Positions 26,301-39,293 of a stretch of 64,000 bases of DNA are shown here, in pieces. Source of the DNA: Octopus sinensis (Eukaryota); NCBI RefSeq assembly GCF_006345805.1, contig NC_043003.1:85188001-85252000 (forward strand), written 5' to 3'. A program made the translations under genes and the position numbers. The notes under the pieces were generated by a model. That model saw nothing but the letters and a program-made list of their open reading frames with translations, searched no databases and was not told where the DNA came from. How positions within the stretch are numbered: the first letter of the stretch is position 1; every line of letters begins with the position of its first letter.

Positions 26301-26531
26301 TATTTCTTTACTACCCACAAGGGGCTAAACACAGAGGAGACAAACAAGGACAGACATACGGATTAAGCCGATTACATCGACCCCGGTGCGTAACTGGTAC
26401 TTAATTTATCGACCCCGGAAGGATGAAAGGCAAAGTCGACCTCGGCGGAATTTGAACTCGGAACGTAACGGCAGACGAAATACGGCAACGCATTTCGCCC
26501 GGTGTGCTAACGTTTCTGCCAGCTCGCCGCC
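26301..26531 (-). mobile_element. SINE family A, full length
   Basis: 16-bp TSD TTGGTATACTAATATA at 26285-26300 and 26536-26551. Confidence 0.9.
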
Positions 26532-26990
26532 TTCATTGGTATACTAATATAATTTATATATGCACGTCGGCGGTGTTATTAATTTCAGCCATGATAGTGT
26601 TAGCGAAATTCCACAAGGTATAAGACATATTTTTAAAAAGCTGGTCTGAATAACGCTACGTTGCTAAGTAAAAGGTATTTCCCTTATTTATAATGGGAGA
26701 AATAGACCAATCACTGAATTTAGGCTGAAGGAATCGGCATAAAAGTGGATGAAAATGTTCAAAAAGGAATATTAGCCAGCACGTCTGATGTTGACGGCAT
26801 CATCTTGATTACACATTTGTATGTATGTATGTATGGATGGATGGATGGATGTTCTCAATGGGAACATAAAATGAAGATGTGAAACGTCTGGCCGTGTACT
26901 CCTTTCTAAAACTGCGTATGTCAATCACCTACAACGTCCTTCATCTTAGACCGGGTGATCCTACGTGTGTAGTGTGTGAAAACCCATTCT

Positions 26991-27205
26991 GATGGTCGCA
27001 CCTTGTCGTGGTGGAGGAGCTTGCGTGGACCAAAGACTCTGGGAGTGATATCATCGGGAGTTCTAAACTCTGTGTAGGGCCAAGACATATAGCAAGAAAG
27101 GAAGAGTCAAGCTAAATTCTCGGATACGGGATAAAGCTGCCGGCGACGACGACGAGTGTGTGAAAGAGCTTGCAAGTCGATTTCGGATCTGAAGAGACAT
27201 GTAGT
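26991..27205 (+). mobile_element. Internally deleted RTE-like element (5' UTR joined to C-terminal C2H2 remnant)
   Basis: CACCTTGTCGTGGTGGAGGAGCTTGCGTG resembles RTE-clade 5' ends (recalled, not searched). CERACKSISDLKRH resembles the RTE C-terminal finger. Confidence 0.45.
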
Positions 27206-27309
27206 GATATATGGCGCGTGTGTGTGTGTATGTGTGTTTGTGTGTATGTGTGTATGTGTTGTATGTGTGTACAAGCGACTTCGAAGTTTTCTTTATACGC
27301 TCAATAAAT

Positions 27310-27492
27310 TCATCCATAAAATTGATGTTTATATGTCACGAAAATACACTCTTGAACCATACCTACCAAAAAATCACTACGACCTACTCAAACGACGAAC
27401 TAAAACCTTATAAATACAAATGCCTGAAAACCGAAAAAAGAAAATACTTTATTGCCTGACGAACCCAAGAGGCGGCAAAACTTTGTATCAAT
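27310..27492 (+). mobile_element. Penelope-like element 3' remnant: decayed ORF end plus degenerate hammerhead
   Basis: FICHEN..LL(K)RRT..KCL..K.KYF resembles a PLE C-terminus. It is followed by ATTGC-CTGACGA-stem II-(A)AAAC-TTT-GTA-TCAAT at 27451-27492. Confidence 0.5.
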
Positions 27493-27695
27493 CTTTCCTT
27501 GTAAAAATTAAGTTGACACTCTTCATCAGGGACGATGAAGCAGACTGCGTGAGATATGACTCATCACCATGCAAATCACACGGCTAAAAACATTTAAAGA
27601 AATTCTTCATCGGGCATGCCATTCAGAAAATATCGCGGGCCGCAGTTTGCCCGCGACAGCTCTACAAAAATATATTGAGGACTCCGTTAATTTAT

Positions 27696-27930
27696 TGTTT
27701 CTTTACTGCCAACAAGGGACTATATACAGAGGGAACAAAGAAGGACAGACAAACGGATTAAGACGATTATATCGACCCAGCCAGTGCGTAACTGGTACTT
27801 ATTTAATCGACCCCGAAAGGATGAAAGGCAAAGTCGACCTCGGCGGAATTTGAACTCAGAACATAGCGGCAGACGAAATACCGCTAAGCATTTCGCCCGG
27901 CGCGCTAACGTTTCTGCCAGCTCGCCGCCT
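27696..27930 (-). mobile_element. SINE family A, full length
   Basis: 15-bp TSD ACTCCGTTAATTTAT at 27681-27695 and 27936-27950. Confidence 0.9.
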
Positions 27931-27954
27931 TTTTAACTCCGTTAATTTATGTTT

Positions 27955-28366
27955 CTTTCTTTTCTTTTCTTTTTCTTTCTTTTACTTGTTTCAGTCATTT
28001 GACTGCGGCCATGCTGGAGCACCGCCTTTAATCGAGCAACTCGATCCCGGGACTTATTCTTTGTAAGCCCAGTACTTATTCTATCGGTCTCTTTTTGCCG
28101 AACCGCTAAGTGACGGGGACATAAACACACCAGCATCGGTTGTCAAGCAATGCTAGGGGGACAAACACAGACACACATACATATATATATATATACATAT
28201 ATACGACGGGCTTCTTTCAGTTTCCGTCTACCAAATCCACTCAGAAGGCTTTGGTCGGCCCGAGGCTATAGTAGAAGACATTTGCCCAAGGTGCCACGCA
28301 GTGGGACTGAACCCGAAACCATGTGGTTGGGAAGCAAGCTACTTACCACACAGCCACTCATGCGCC
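27955..28366 (-). mobile_element. SINE family B, full length
   Basis: Complete head-to-tail match to the copies at 29515-29903, 39750-40148, 42409-42830 and 46538-46954. Confidence 0.9.
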
Positions 28367-29514
28367 TGTTAGATTATTTTTATCTACAACTACCCATAAA
28401 ATACACATACATACAAACACACGTGTGTGTAGGTGTGTGGGGTTATTTTCCTTTTTGGATTCCTGCCTCATTCTCAATACCCTTATTCTTAATAACAATA
28501 GCGCTGTTAGTCAGCCATAATTTACTGTCTCAACAGATTCTGAAATTTTACTGTTTGCCATGCCTTATACTCAGCAAATATCCCACCAGCTAAAAATTAC
28601 TGTGGATTTATACAATTAGTGAACGACATTGATATCTATTCAGGAAAATAACAAGAAAATAATAAATTGGCAAGTCAAAGAACATCGTTTTCTATAGTCA
28701 GAACACATTAAATCTGAATTGTTCTAATGCCAATTATGTTAGTGTGTGTGTGTGTGTGTGTGTTGTTGTTGTTGCTGCTGCTGCTGCAGTTTCTGTTGTT
28801 GTTTGTTCTTGTTTATTCTTAGATCAATCCTAATCCAGTAGCCTTATGAGCAAATGAGTTCAAGCTGTGACCATTCCGCCTCCTCCTTCAAATATTTTTT
28901 TATATGGTACTACATTAATCAATGTATTTGTGTCGATCCATTTTAAAGACGACAAAACATGATTTGTGCGAGATTTGACTAATATTTCTAGCATGTTGAC
29001 TGCATAAGACTCCCATTCGTTAGTTCTTATTGATTGTTATTAATCTCTTTGCCCAGAAGCACCTCTCTATAGTGCTTGCACGCTGTCAGACAGTTTATAA
29101 TATATATGTGTGTGTACTGGGACATGTATGTTTTTACGAACTTCACAGGCAATAAATAAGTAGTTGATGATTTAAATTCAGTGTTCGTTCGAAGAGATCG
29201 ATGGAAATATTGAGTTTAAACATGAACTCGCTATTGTTTATTATTTTGTCAAGTGAAGATTTATAAGCACTTCATAATGTAACAGCTGCCACTTTTCTCA
29301 CCCACAACAAAGAAATAAAGAAATCAGTATGAAATAAGTAACAACTTGTATGCCGTCGTTTAAATAAGGTGGTATTGTATCGAACGCTGTGAACTGTTAC
29401 GTTAGTGTAAAAACTGTAATTATTCTAATTAACTATGGATGCATAAGTACACCAATTTATGCAGTATATCATGATGGAGAGGCACAATGTTTGCATAACA
29501 AAACAATAGCTAAG

Positions 29515-29903
29515 GAAGTGTGGTAAGTAGCTTGCTAACTAACCACATGGTTCCTGGTTCAGTCCCACTGCGTAGCATCTTGGGCAAATGTCTTCTGCTA
29601 TAGCCCCGGGCCGACCAATGCCTTGTGAGTGGATTTGGTAGACGGAAACTGAAAGAAGCCTGTCGTATATATGTATATATATGTTCGTGTGTCTGTGTTT
29701 GTCCCCGCCAACATTGCTTGACAACCGATGCTGGTGTGTTTACGTCCCCGTCACTTAGCGGTTCGGCAAAAGAGACCGATAGAATAAGTACTGGGCTTAC
29801 AAAGAATAAGTCCCGGGGTCGAATTGCTCGACTAAAGGCGGTGCTCCAGCATGGCCGCAGTCAAATGACTGAAACAAGTAAAAGAGTAAAAGAGTAAAGA
29901 GTA
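29515..29903 (+). mobile_element. SINE family B
   Basis: Body match and (AAGAGTA)n tail. Confidence 0.9.
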
Positions 29904-30569
29904 TTTTTGATACGGGGCTAAACGAAAAATAAATTAATTCATTAAAATTACCATTGTGACGAGGCGATAAAAAGCTCGTCAGGGAAAACGATGACAATTT
30001 TCAAAATTTCAGTTGGTTAAAGTTAAAATTACCTATGACAAACGTTTAATCCGATCTTAAGCATGTACAGTGGCAATTCCGGGCATGTTTCGTGGAATTA
30101 ATAAAGAACTTGAACCTCTGATATATGAAGTTTGCTATGTGCTGGATGATTTCCATTGTACTTTATTCCAGTTACTAAGTATCGTCTTGTCGTATTGTAT
30201 AGTCATAGGGTGTTATATCATCTACATCTCAACTTACGGATATTTTCATTAGGTTCTGCTAGAGTCAATAATCCTAGCATGCGATGAAGAGTTTGGTTTC
30301 GCCTCCTACAATACCGACACGGCCAAAATACAGTGTGCAAATATCTTAGAATGATCACAGATAGAATGCTTTTGATCGCAGGTCTGCTCAAACAGGGCTG
30401 ACCTGAGGTTGATCTACTGCAACAGCAGTTTTTGTGGGCTCCCATTCAAACTGTTTTATTGGTGAATGAGCACTGAACTACTGACTTAATCTCATTTAGA
30501 TAGTTGGGTACTTACTCAAGCTGTTTCAACAATTATTTTTCTTGAGATATAAATTGGAAATAAACTAAA

Positions 30570-31260
30570 TTTCGCCGAACTTCTGCAGTTTGCTCACAAA
30601 CATCAATATCACTAACATATCAATTACAGCAAACATGATCGCCTGCGGTCTCCTCACTAATATAAATTATAATAGTGATTGATCTTCGGCAATTTGTTCA
30701 CTAATATCAGTTATACCAGTTGTTGTTCATTTGCAGTTTGCCTACTAATATCAGTTGCAACCGCTATTGAACTTCTGAAGTTCGCTCACTATTATCAGTC
30801 ACACCAACAGTTAATCTTATGTAATCTTATGTTCACTAATACTAGATACTAGATATAACAGAAATTGATCTTCTCTAGTCTACTTACTAATATCAATTGC
30901 AAAAGGGGTCGATCCTCTCCTGCAATTTGCTTACTAATATAATTTACAACAGAGGTTGATTTTCTGAAGTCTGCTCACTAATCATGATTGATTTTCTTCT
31001 ACAGCTTGCTCACTAATATCAGTTACCCCAACAGTTGATCTTCTCTAACCTGCTCAGTAATATCAGCAACACCAGAGGTTGATCTCCCACACTCCGCTCA
31101 CCAATATCATTTACAACAGAAGTTGATCTGCAACCTATTCACTAATATTTATTACAATAGAAGTTGATCTTCTCCAGCAGTCTATTTATTAATATCAGTT
31201 ACAACAGAGATTGATCATCTGCAGTTTTCTCTCTTTAGAATCAGTTACACCAGGAGCTGA
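30570..31260. repeat. Degenerate ~44-bp minisatellite
   Basis: Recurring unit CACTAATATCAGTTACAACAGA.GTTGATCTTCTGCAGTTTGCT, roughly 15 diverged copies. Confidence 0.85.
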
Positions 31261-32158
31261 AAATAATTGAGAATTTTAAAAAGTTCGTCAAAACATAATC
31301 CATACAAAATGCCTCACCGTACCATAATTAATACATCTTTTATTAGTAGCAAAAGAGAGGGAAGGAAGAATGATGAGATTATAGGGTCGATACCTTGTGG
31401 ATTTTAATTAAGTCTCTTTACGTTCTGGGCTAGCTTGAGGTCTGCTTTGTCATTTATCATTTTGGGGTTGATAAAATAAAGCACTGATCAAATACTGGCA
31501 TCAAAATAATTGACTCTGTCCCATCCTCTGTACCTAAGCCAGAAATCCTTACCACTTTGAATGAGACTGAATGAGAAAAGAGGACATAGTCGGTAGATCA
31601 GCCCACAAAATGCTTCGTGGTAATTACATCTCGAGGTTCTGAATTCAAAACTTGCTGCAACTTACTATGATCTCTTCGGAGTTAATAAAATAAAGCATCA
31701 GTCAGAAAGTGGTGTACATTTAATCTAAGTTTCTCCTTTTTAAGATTTGTGACTTTGAGCCTCTTTTATAAATCGCTACTTGACAATTTCCATTATATTT
31801 TGAGTTCAGATCCCGCGGTGGTAGAATTTTATTCTTCCAGGATTGATAAAAATTAAGTACATATCCAAAACCGTATGAGACATTATAGCCGTGATACAAC
31901 AGACTAGCATATAACACGCTTACAAGAGTTGCTTCAAACCTCCCGACCTTTTGTAGAAAATATTGCGACAATTCTCATTGATCACATCTGATTAGTAGAT
32001 AATTACTTTTAAAGTGGTAATAAACTCAATTATCACCTCTTGCTTTTAAATTGGTAATACATGTAATTAAAACCTCTTACTTGATAAATATATTTTATGA
32101 TACTAGATGAGTGTAAGTTCCTCAGTACAATTATGCAATACCTATTAGAATATAAATT

Positions 32159-32492
32159 GTGGAGGCGCAATGGCCCAGTGGTTAGGGCAGCGGACTCGCG
32201 GTCATAGGATCGTGGTTTCGATTCCCAGACTGGCAGGGACGGTGGTGATCCCTGCTGTACTCTTTCACCACAACTTTCTCTCACTCTTACTTCCTGTTTC
32301 TGTTGTACCTGTATTTCAATGGGCCGGCCTTGTCACTCTCTGTGTCACGCTGAATATCCCCGAGAACTACGTTAAAGGTACACGTGTCTGTGGAATGCTC
32401 AGCCACTTACACGTTAATTTCACGAGCAGGCTGTTCCGTTGATCGGATCAACCGGAACCCTCGTCGGCGTAACCGACGGAGTGCTTCCATCC
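32159..32492 (+). mobile_element. SINE family C with an internal deletion
   Basis: 12-bp TSD AGAATATAAATT at 32147-32158 and 32493-32504. Lacks ~55 bp that follow the head in the 13084 copy. Confidence 0.9.
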
Positions 32493-32945
32493 AGAATATA
32501 AATTATCATGTTTTAATGGAAAACTCACACAGTGAAATATAATTGTAGGCTATAATGTCGTTAACGGATAGAAGAAATTGCAAGTATTTTATCAGTACCG
32601 CACCTAAATATTAGCACTGCACCCTTCTAAGCATATATGTAGTTTTGTATGTGGGAGTGTGTATGCATGTGTGTGTATATATGTAACAGTGCGTGTGTGG
32701 ATACATAAGTATATATGTATGTGTGTGTGTGTGTGTGTGTGTACAGATACATACATATACATGTATATGTATATAGAACACATAAACTCATCTATATATA
32801 CATAAGCATATATAAGGGTGTGTCAATTTTAATAACTTACTAAAAATCTAATTTGGTAGTGGAGTTATTGTGCCTTTTTACACCCAGAGATATATAAACC
32901 AAAATGGATTAAAATAACTCGAACCTACATCAATTTTATCTTAAA

Positions 32946-33340
32946 CTAGCAGTATCGCCCGGCGTTGCTCGGGTTTGAAAGGGAAATAACTATAAAGCAT
33001 TTTTAGAGAGTTATAGCCAAAAAACAGCAAAAAATGCATTAAAAATGGAAAAAAATTATGGTAAATTTTTTTTTAAATCGTTGACTCATCGTAGACATTT
33101 TTAGAGAGTTACTTCCCTTTATTTAAAAAATATGCTTTAAAATGGAAAACAATTATGGTAAATTATTTTTAAAATCGTAGACTCATCGTAGACGCGCGCT
33201 AATACCCAGAAGGGTTCGATATGAATCACGACTATAAGATACACGGTTTTGGTTAAACTGCACCGCAAAATGTGAGAGTAGTTAGGAATCTAAATCGTAG
33301 GAGACAGACACTCACACAACTTCACTTTTATATATATAGA
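32946..33340 (-). mobile_element. Non-autonomous Helitron
   Basis: 5' TCTATATATATAAAA; 3' hairpin CCCGAGCAACGCCGGG followed by CTAG. Inserted between A and T, with an internal ~110-bp duplication. Confidence 0.85.
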
Positions 33341-33806
33341 TTTTCAATGGTGTTGTTTTCGAACAGTAACTGAAAATTTACATTAAAAACTGATTAGACT
33401 CAAAATATCGCTCTATTATCTTTAATTGGTTAAATGAACCTTATATTATCTTTTAATTGATTAAACGAATTGGTTAGATGAGTTTTTACTCTTTTCATAT
33501 ATTTACAAGATGTCAACGCTGAAGGCTAGAGGCCAGATGTCATCCCACTTGAGACTGTTAATTGGCATAGGAAAAGCGCTTCCTTTTTCCGAGTTTCCAA
33601 CAATGAGAGACATTTTAAGACTTGGGTTACAACTTCGGGAGCAAAAATTCCAAGAGCAGAAGGAATTATACAGAATGAACTATATGCGAATGAACGATGC
33701 AGGAACTTATGGATATTAGTATTTTGATGTGTGCAGGGTGTGAAGGGATACACTTAAAAGTGTAAAAGGATGTATGTATCTATGTATGTATGTATGTGTA
33801 TGTATG

Positions 33807-33854
<48 letters not shown>

Positions 33855-33877
33855 AGACCAAAAGGGTACGGGCGTCG

Positions 33878-33910
<33 letters not shown>

Positions 33911-33914
<4 letters not shown>

Positions 33915-34326
33915 AAAAAATACAAACTGGGACAAGAACGCAAAACATTTAGAAGACGATACAAGAAACACGGACGGGACATTCGAAGCCTTCGATCTTC
34001 AGTCAAGAACCGGATCATCCTCGCAATTTCGGCTGAAATTATTATCATTATCATTATTGTTTTTACGTATTTTCGTATTCTTATTCGTGTAACATCGTCC
34101 GTTTTTCCGTCCTTGTTTTGTATACATTCGAGGCTTTCTTCCAAGAAATCTAATGCGCTTGGCTTAGATTTTCCTTTGGGGCTGGCCAGATCGGAACAAT
34201 CACAAGATTAATCAGCCGAAATTGGGAGAATGATCCGGTTCCTGAATGAAGATCGAAGGCTTCGAATGTCCCGTCCGTGTTTCTTGTAACGTCTTCTAAA
34301 TGTTTTGCGTTCTTGTCCCAGTTTGT

Positions 34327-34336
<10 letters not shown>
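33911..34336. mobile_element. Microsatellite-flanked element with inverted terminal copies (family H, Penelope pseudo-LTR-like)
   Basis: 33911-34036 is the reverse complement of 34212-34336. Both ends abut (TA)n/(CA)n. Relatives at 41300-41735 (+), 50250-50371 (-) and 51545-51684 (-). Confidence 0.8.
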
Positions 34337-34401
<65 letters not shown>

Positions 34402-34707
34402 TGTGTGTTGCTAGGGCTAGTTGGCATAAAACTGGCGAAGCTTCCTCTAGCCAGCTGACTTGAAACAACCATAATGCGAACTGACAAAGAAGTTATTCAA
34501 AGTCCAACTGAAGAACAGCTTCTTCAAGGTGAAAAACAGTGAAGAGTGGAAGGTACTACTACTCACAATCTGCTTTGAATCTCACTATTGGAGAGGGGGT
34601 TGACGATGCGGAAAAGAATCAACTCAGCTTTACCAAGAGACGCGATAAAAGAAGCATACACACTGATTAATACCAACACTTGCCCCACCATCCGCTCAAT
34701 CAAATTA

Positions 34708-35236
34708 TTGGGTTTTCCGGAAAGTTCGTGCCGATTTATAGTAGCTTACCTTTCGACTTATTTTAGAACATGGTTGAGTCCATAAAATAGGTTTTGACTA
34801 CACCTCCATTTAGAGCACAGTTTAAGCTATCTTTTCATGGAAGAAGGTTTATACTCCTATAGCCTGTGTTAATTCTGTAACCCTTTAAAATGGAAGATAA
34901 GAAAGTTCATTTTCGGCACTTGATGCTTGGGAACCAGACAAAAATTGCTGCAGCTCAGATATACACCTTCGGATTTCCACCTATTTGAGGTCTCTGCAGA
35001 ATAGTCTTAATGGTAAAAATTTCAATTCCTTAGATACGTAAAAAGATATCTTGATGAATTCTTTGCCATGAAACCATTTTAATTCTGGGAAGCGGGTATT
35101 TTCGAGTTAAAGGAAAGATGGAGACGCATTGTGCAACAAAATGGTTCATATTTGGTTGATTAAAAATGTAATGGCAAGTATTTATTGACCTTTTCCTTTC
35201 CTTTAAAAATCAGCACGAACTTTCCGGACAACTCAA
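34708..35236 (+). mobile_element. Internally deleted mariner
   Basis: TIRs TTGGGTT.TCCGGAAAGTTCGTGC.GATTT with TA TSD. N-terminus MEDKKVHFRHLML is joined to C-terminus ...ERWRRIVQQNGSYLVD*. Confidence 0.9.
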
Positions 35237-35502
35237 TAATTTGTCCGTCAGCGTGAACGAAACTGTATATGAAAAGTTGGAATATATTTTCGTGAAAAGA
35301 TCCACAAATCTAGAAAAATGATAAACATCAAATTCGTATGCATGCGTATGCGTGCGTATTTGTGCGTATGAAATCGCTGTAAAATTCTAACATTAGAGAG
35401 CATGCGTTGAAGGAATTAAATTCATTTTAAATAGACCAAAAGCATTCCACTACGCTTATTCGGTGGATAATCTGCCCTACCTTGCAGCCGGATGCAATTG
35501 TA

Positions 35503-35697
35503 TTGGGCTGTCCGGAAAGTTCGTGCTGATTTTATAGTAGCTTGCCTTTCGACTTACCCTCCCGAGCACCTCAATTCTGAGAAGAAGTGGTTCGTATCGT
35601 GCATGGTTCATATTTGGTTGATTAAATATGTAATGCAAGTATTTATTGACCTTTTTCTTTCCTTTAAAAATCAGCACAAACTTTCCGGACAACCCAA
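35503..35697 (+). mobile_element. 195-bp MITE of the same mariner family
   Basis: Same TIRs and subterminal sequence; TA TSD. Confidence 0.9.
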
Positions 35698-37144
35698 TAC
35701 ATGCACACACGCACTCACATAAACATATGCGTACACACCCGCACATCCAGCAACAATGCATACAAGCGTAGAGAAAAAGAAAGACATGAAGTAGAGTTTA
35801 TAGGGGAGCAGGAGATAGGAAAGAAGAGACAGTGAGATAAAATTCAATGTCCTGCGATAGGCTGATAATGGTAAGCCCCTCAAAGGGTTGTGATGGTATG
35901 TCCAGTGCCGGACTAAAAATTTCTATTCGTGCAAGCAGGGGCTGAAAACTTTTGACTTAGCCTAAAAGCTAAGTCAAATCCCGGTCGAGAGGAGTTTTAT
36001 TATTTCCTACATGGCATAAAAGGAGGTGAGCTGGCAGAATCGTTAGCACGCCGGGGAAAATGCTTAGCAGTATTTCGTCTGCCGTTTACGTGGAGTTCAA
36101 ATTCCGCCGAGGTCGACTTTGCTTTCATTTCTTTCGGGGTCGATAAATTAAGTACCAGTTACGCACTGGGGTCGATGTAATCGACTTAATACCTATGTCT
36201 GTCCATGTTTGTCTCCTCTATGTTTAGCCCCTTGTGGGTAATAAAGAAATAGGTATTTCGTCCGTCTTTAAATACCGAGGTGGACTTTACTTTGCCTTTC
36301 ATCCTTTCGGGGTCAATAAAATGAATACCAGTAATCGACTTACTCCCTCCCCTGAAATTTCAGGCCGTGTGCCTGTAATAGAAATGGTTATTTACTACGC
36401 GGCAGAAAACCAACGTCTGCTAATATTCACGTATGGCTTGCATTTTTCGGAAAATTTCCATCTGATATTGTATGTTGTGCATTTCACTTCCACTCATTTT
36501 ACGTAGCTTGCGAGTTTTGTATTATTTCGCCTCCTGATGTTTCTGAAGGGAAAGTTGTTCTATAATTTATTTCTTAAAAAGGCCCACTTTCAAACTGCCG
36601 TAGCGTTTCAGGTTGGTATTATGGTTAGCTTCTGTGGTTTTGATTTCTGCTTCATATATAACTTCAGTGATGCCGGACCGATTCAGCGTGCAAGTCGCAA
36701 TTCTCCTGCATGAACAGACAGTCTCATTGGGTGTGAATATTTCACGAAGTATGAGTTGTTTCATATTAAGAGTGCAGCTAATCGTAGTCTTAACTGTTTG
36801 TTTTTGTTTTTTGGTTTGTTTATTTTTCAAACAATTCTGGGTTTCTGAGGGTAGGCGGGAATTAGCTATCTATTAATCCGAGAAAAGTTTTCTCTATACC
36901 TTATTTAACATTGAGCTAGAATGGAGTGCAAAACTAATAATATTTCTACTCTTTTTCTCTTAGTGGGGACCGAGCTGAGATTGTAGGTTATTTTTTTTTT
37001 CTTTCAACCTGCTTCTCACAAGAGTGTGGTTATTAGTAAGGTGTTGCCTTGTCAAATATTTCTTTATTAGATGAAATCCAGGTTAAAACCCTGCTCATAC
37101 AATGTTCTTAAACGCCAGATGGGATAGCACAACACTATATTAAA

Positions 37145-37374
37145 GGCGGCGAGCTGGCAGAAACGTTAGCACGCCGGGCGAAATGCGTAGCCGTATTTCG
37201 TCTGCCGTTACGTTCTGGGTTCAAATTCCGCTGAGGTCGACTTTGCCTTTCATCCTTTCGGGGTCGATAAATTAAGTACTAGTTACGCACTGGGGTTGAT
37301 GTAATCGACTTAATCCGTGTGTCTGTCCTTGTTTGTCCCCTCTGTGTTTAGCCCCTTGTGGGTAGTAAAGAAAT
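37145..37374 (+). mobile_element. SINE family A, full length
   Basis: Complete head, core and tail; short TATATTAA duplication at the flanks. Confidence 0.88.
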
Positions 37375-37614
37375 ATATATTAATGTAGTTGAGCTCCTCG
37401 TTGGGGTTTCTAAGAAATTTACACGAATATTTACCAAGATCAAACATGGCATTCGAAATTTAGCTATTGTAAGAGAGTGTTTAAAGGTGAAAGATTGAAA
37501 TATCAGTCCAACGAGCGCTCATTTGTGTATTTGGATCAGCCAACGCATTGTCTGTGTACAAACCTAAGTGGAAGAGAAACTTCTTTTAATACGTCTAACA
37601 TAAATAATTCAAAG

Positions 37615-37671
<57 letters not shown>

Positions 37672-38524
37672 TTTGCCCAGTGAAAAGAACCTATGTTCCT
37701 CATATACAAGGAACAACCCGAGTCCGATTTCTTTTTAACCTGTTGTGTTTAGTTTTGATCACGTGATTTTGATTATCTCGATTGCTGTTATATGCCTGCA
37801 GTGCGACTGCGCGGAGTTCTGTTCTGTTTGCGACACGACATGTTCAGCGTTGATTTTAGTTAGTCGAGAATGTCGCAACTCGCTGCATAAAAATGTTATT
37901 GCGTTGAAGTTTGGTTTTGCTTACAATTTAGCAATCTTTGTTTGTATTGTATATTGCTGTATTTTTAGTCGATTAAAACCTTTTAAACTTTGATACTCAA
38001 GTTTGGGATTATAACATAACCCAAGCTGACTCTTGCCAAACAGCAGCGTCTAGCTAACATGAAATATCACGTCTAAGTCACTGTTGCTTGTAGTATTGTA
38101 TAATTTAGCAAATTCCAGGATTCTGATGAGCAACTCCTTAGATATTAGCGTGTAAAATCCACGTTATTCAGTTAGGCAAGTCTTACGCTGTTTTAATTTC
38201 TCACGCACTTGAAATAAGAGACACACGGATGTTATTCAACCTGACGATAATCAGTGGCACATATAATTAATATGACTGTAGACCAATCTCACAATCAACC
38301 AGTTTATATACCTAGAATCTGTGCGTAAATCAGCATTATTTTTATGATCTTAAAGCTTGAAAATGGAATTTCGCTTAGGAAAAACTTTTATCCTATAGTA
38401 CATTATATGTTAAGCCTGGGTGGTTATCATATAATTTAGATGAAGCTGTTAAGAAGAAGAGTGGAGAATACACAGTGTGTGTGTGTATATCCATGTATAT
38501 ATATATATATCCGTGTGTACAAAT

Positions 38525-39250
38525 GACATGTATATATGCATGTGCATATACGGATATGCATCTACTATATATAAATGTATATATGCATGTGCATATACGG
38601 ATATACATCTACTACATATATATGTATATATGCATGTGCATATACGGATATACATCTACTACATATATATGTATATATGCATGTGCATATACGGATATAC
38701 ATCTACTATATATATATGTATATATGCATGTGCATATACGGATATACATCTACTACATATTTATGTATATATGCATGTGCATATACAGATATACATCTAC
38801 TATATATGTATATATGCATGTGCATATACGGATATAGATCTACTACATATATATATGTATATATGCATGTGGGTATACGGATATACATCTACTACATATC
38901 TATGTATTATCATGTGCATATACGGATATACATCTACTACATATATATGTATATATGCAGTATACGGATATACATCTACTACATATATATATATATGCAT
39001 GTGCATATACTGATATACATCTACACTATATATGTATATATGCATTGCATATACGGATATCATCGCTACATATATATTTATATATGCAGGTGATATACGG
39101 ATATATCTACATATATATGTATATATGCATGTACATATACACTATAACATCTACTACATATATATGTATATTATATGCATGTCATATACAGATATACATC
39201 TACTACATATATATGTATATATGCTGTGCATATACGATATAATCTACTAC

Positions 39251-39260
<10 letters not shown>
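38525..39260. repeat. ~47-bp minisatellite
   Basis: Unit ATGCATGTGCATATACGGATATACATCTACTACATATATATGTATAT, roughly 15 copies, decaying rightward. Confidence 0.92.

Positions 39261-39293
<33 letters not shown>

Noticed and set aside
30570-39260. CRISPR-like appearance of the two tandem arrays
   Set aside because: Eukaryotic context, no unique spacers and no cas genes.
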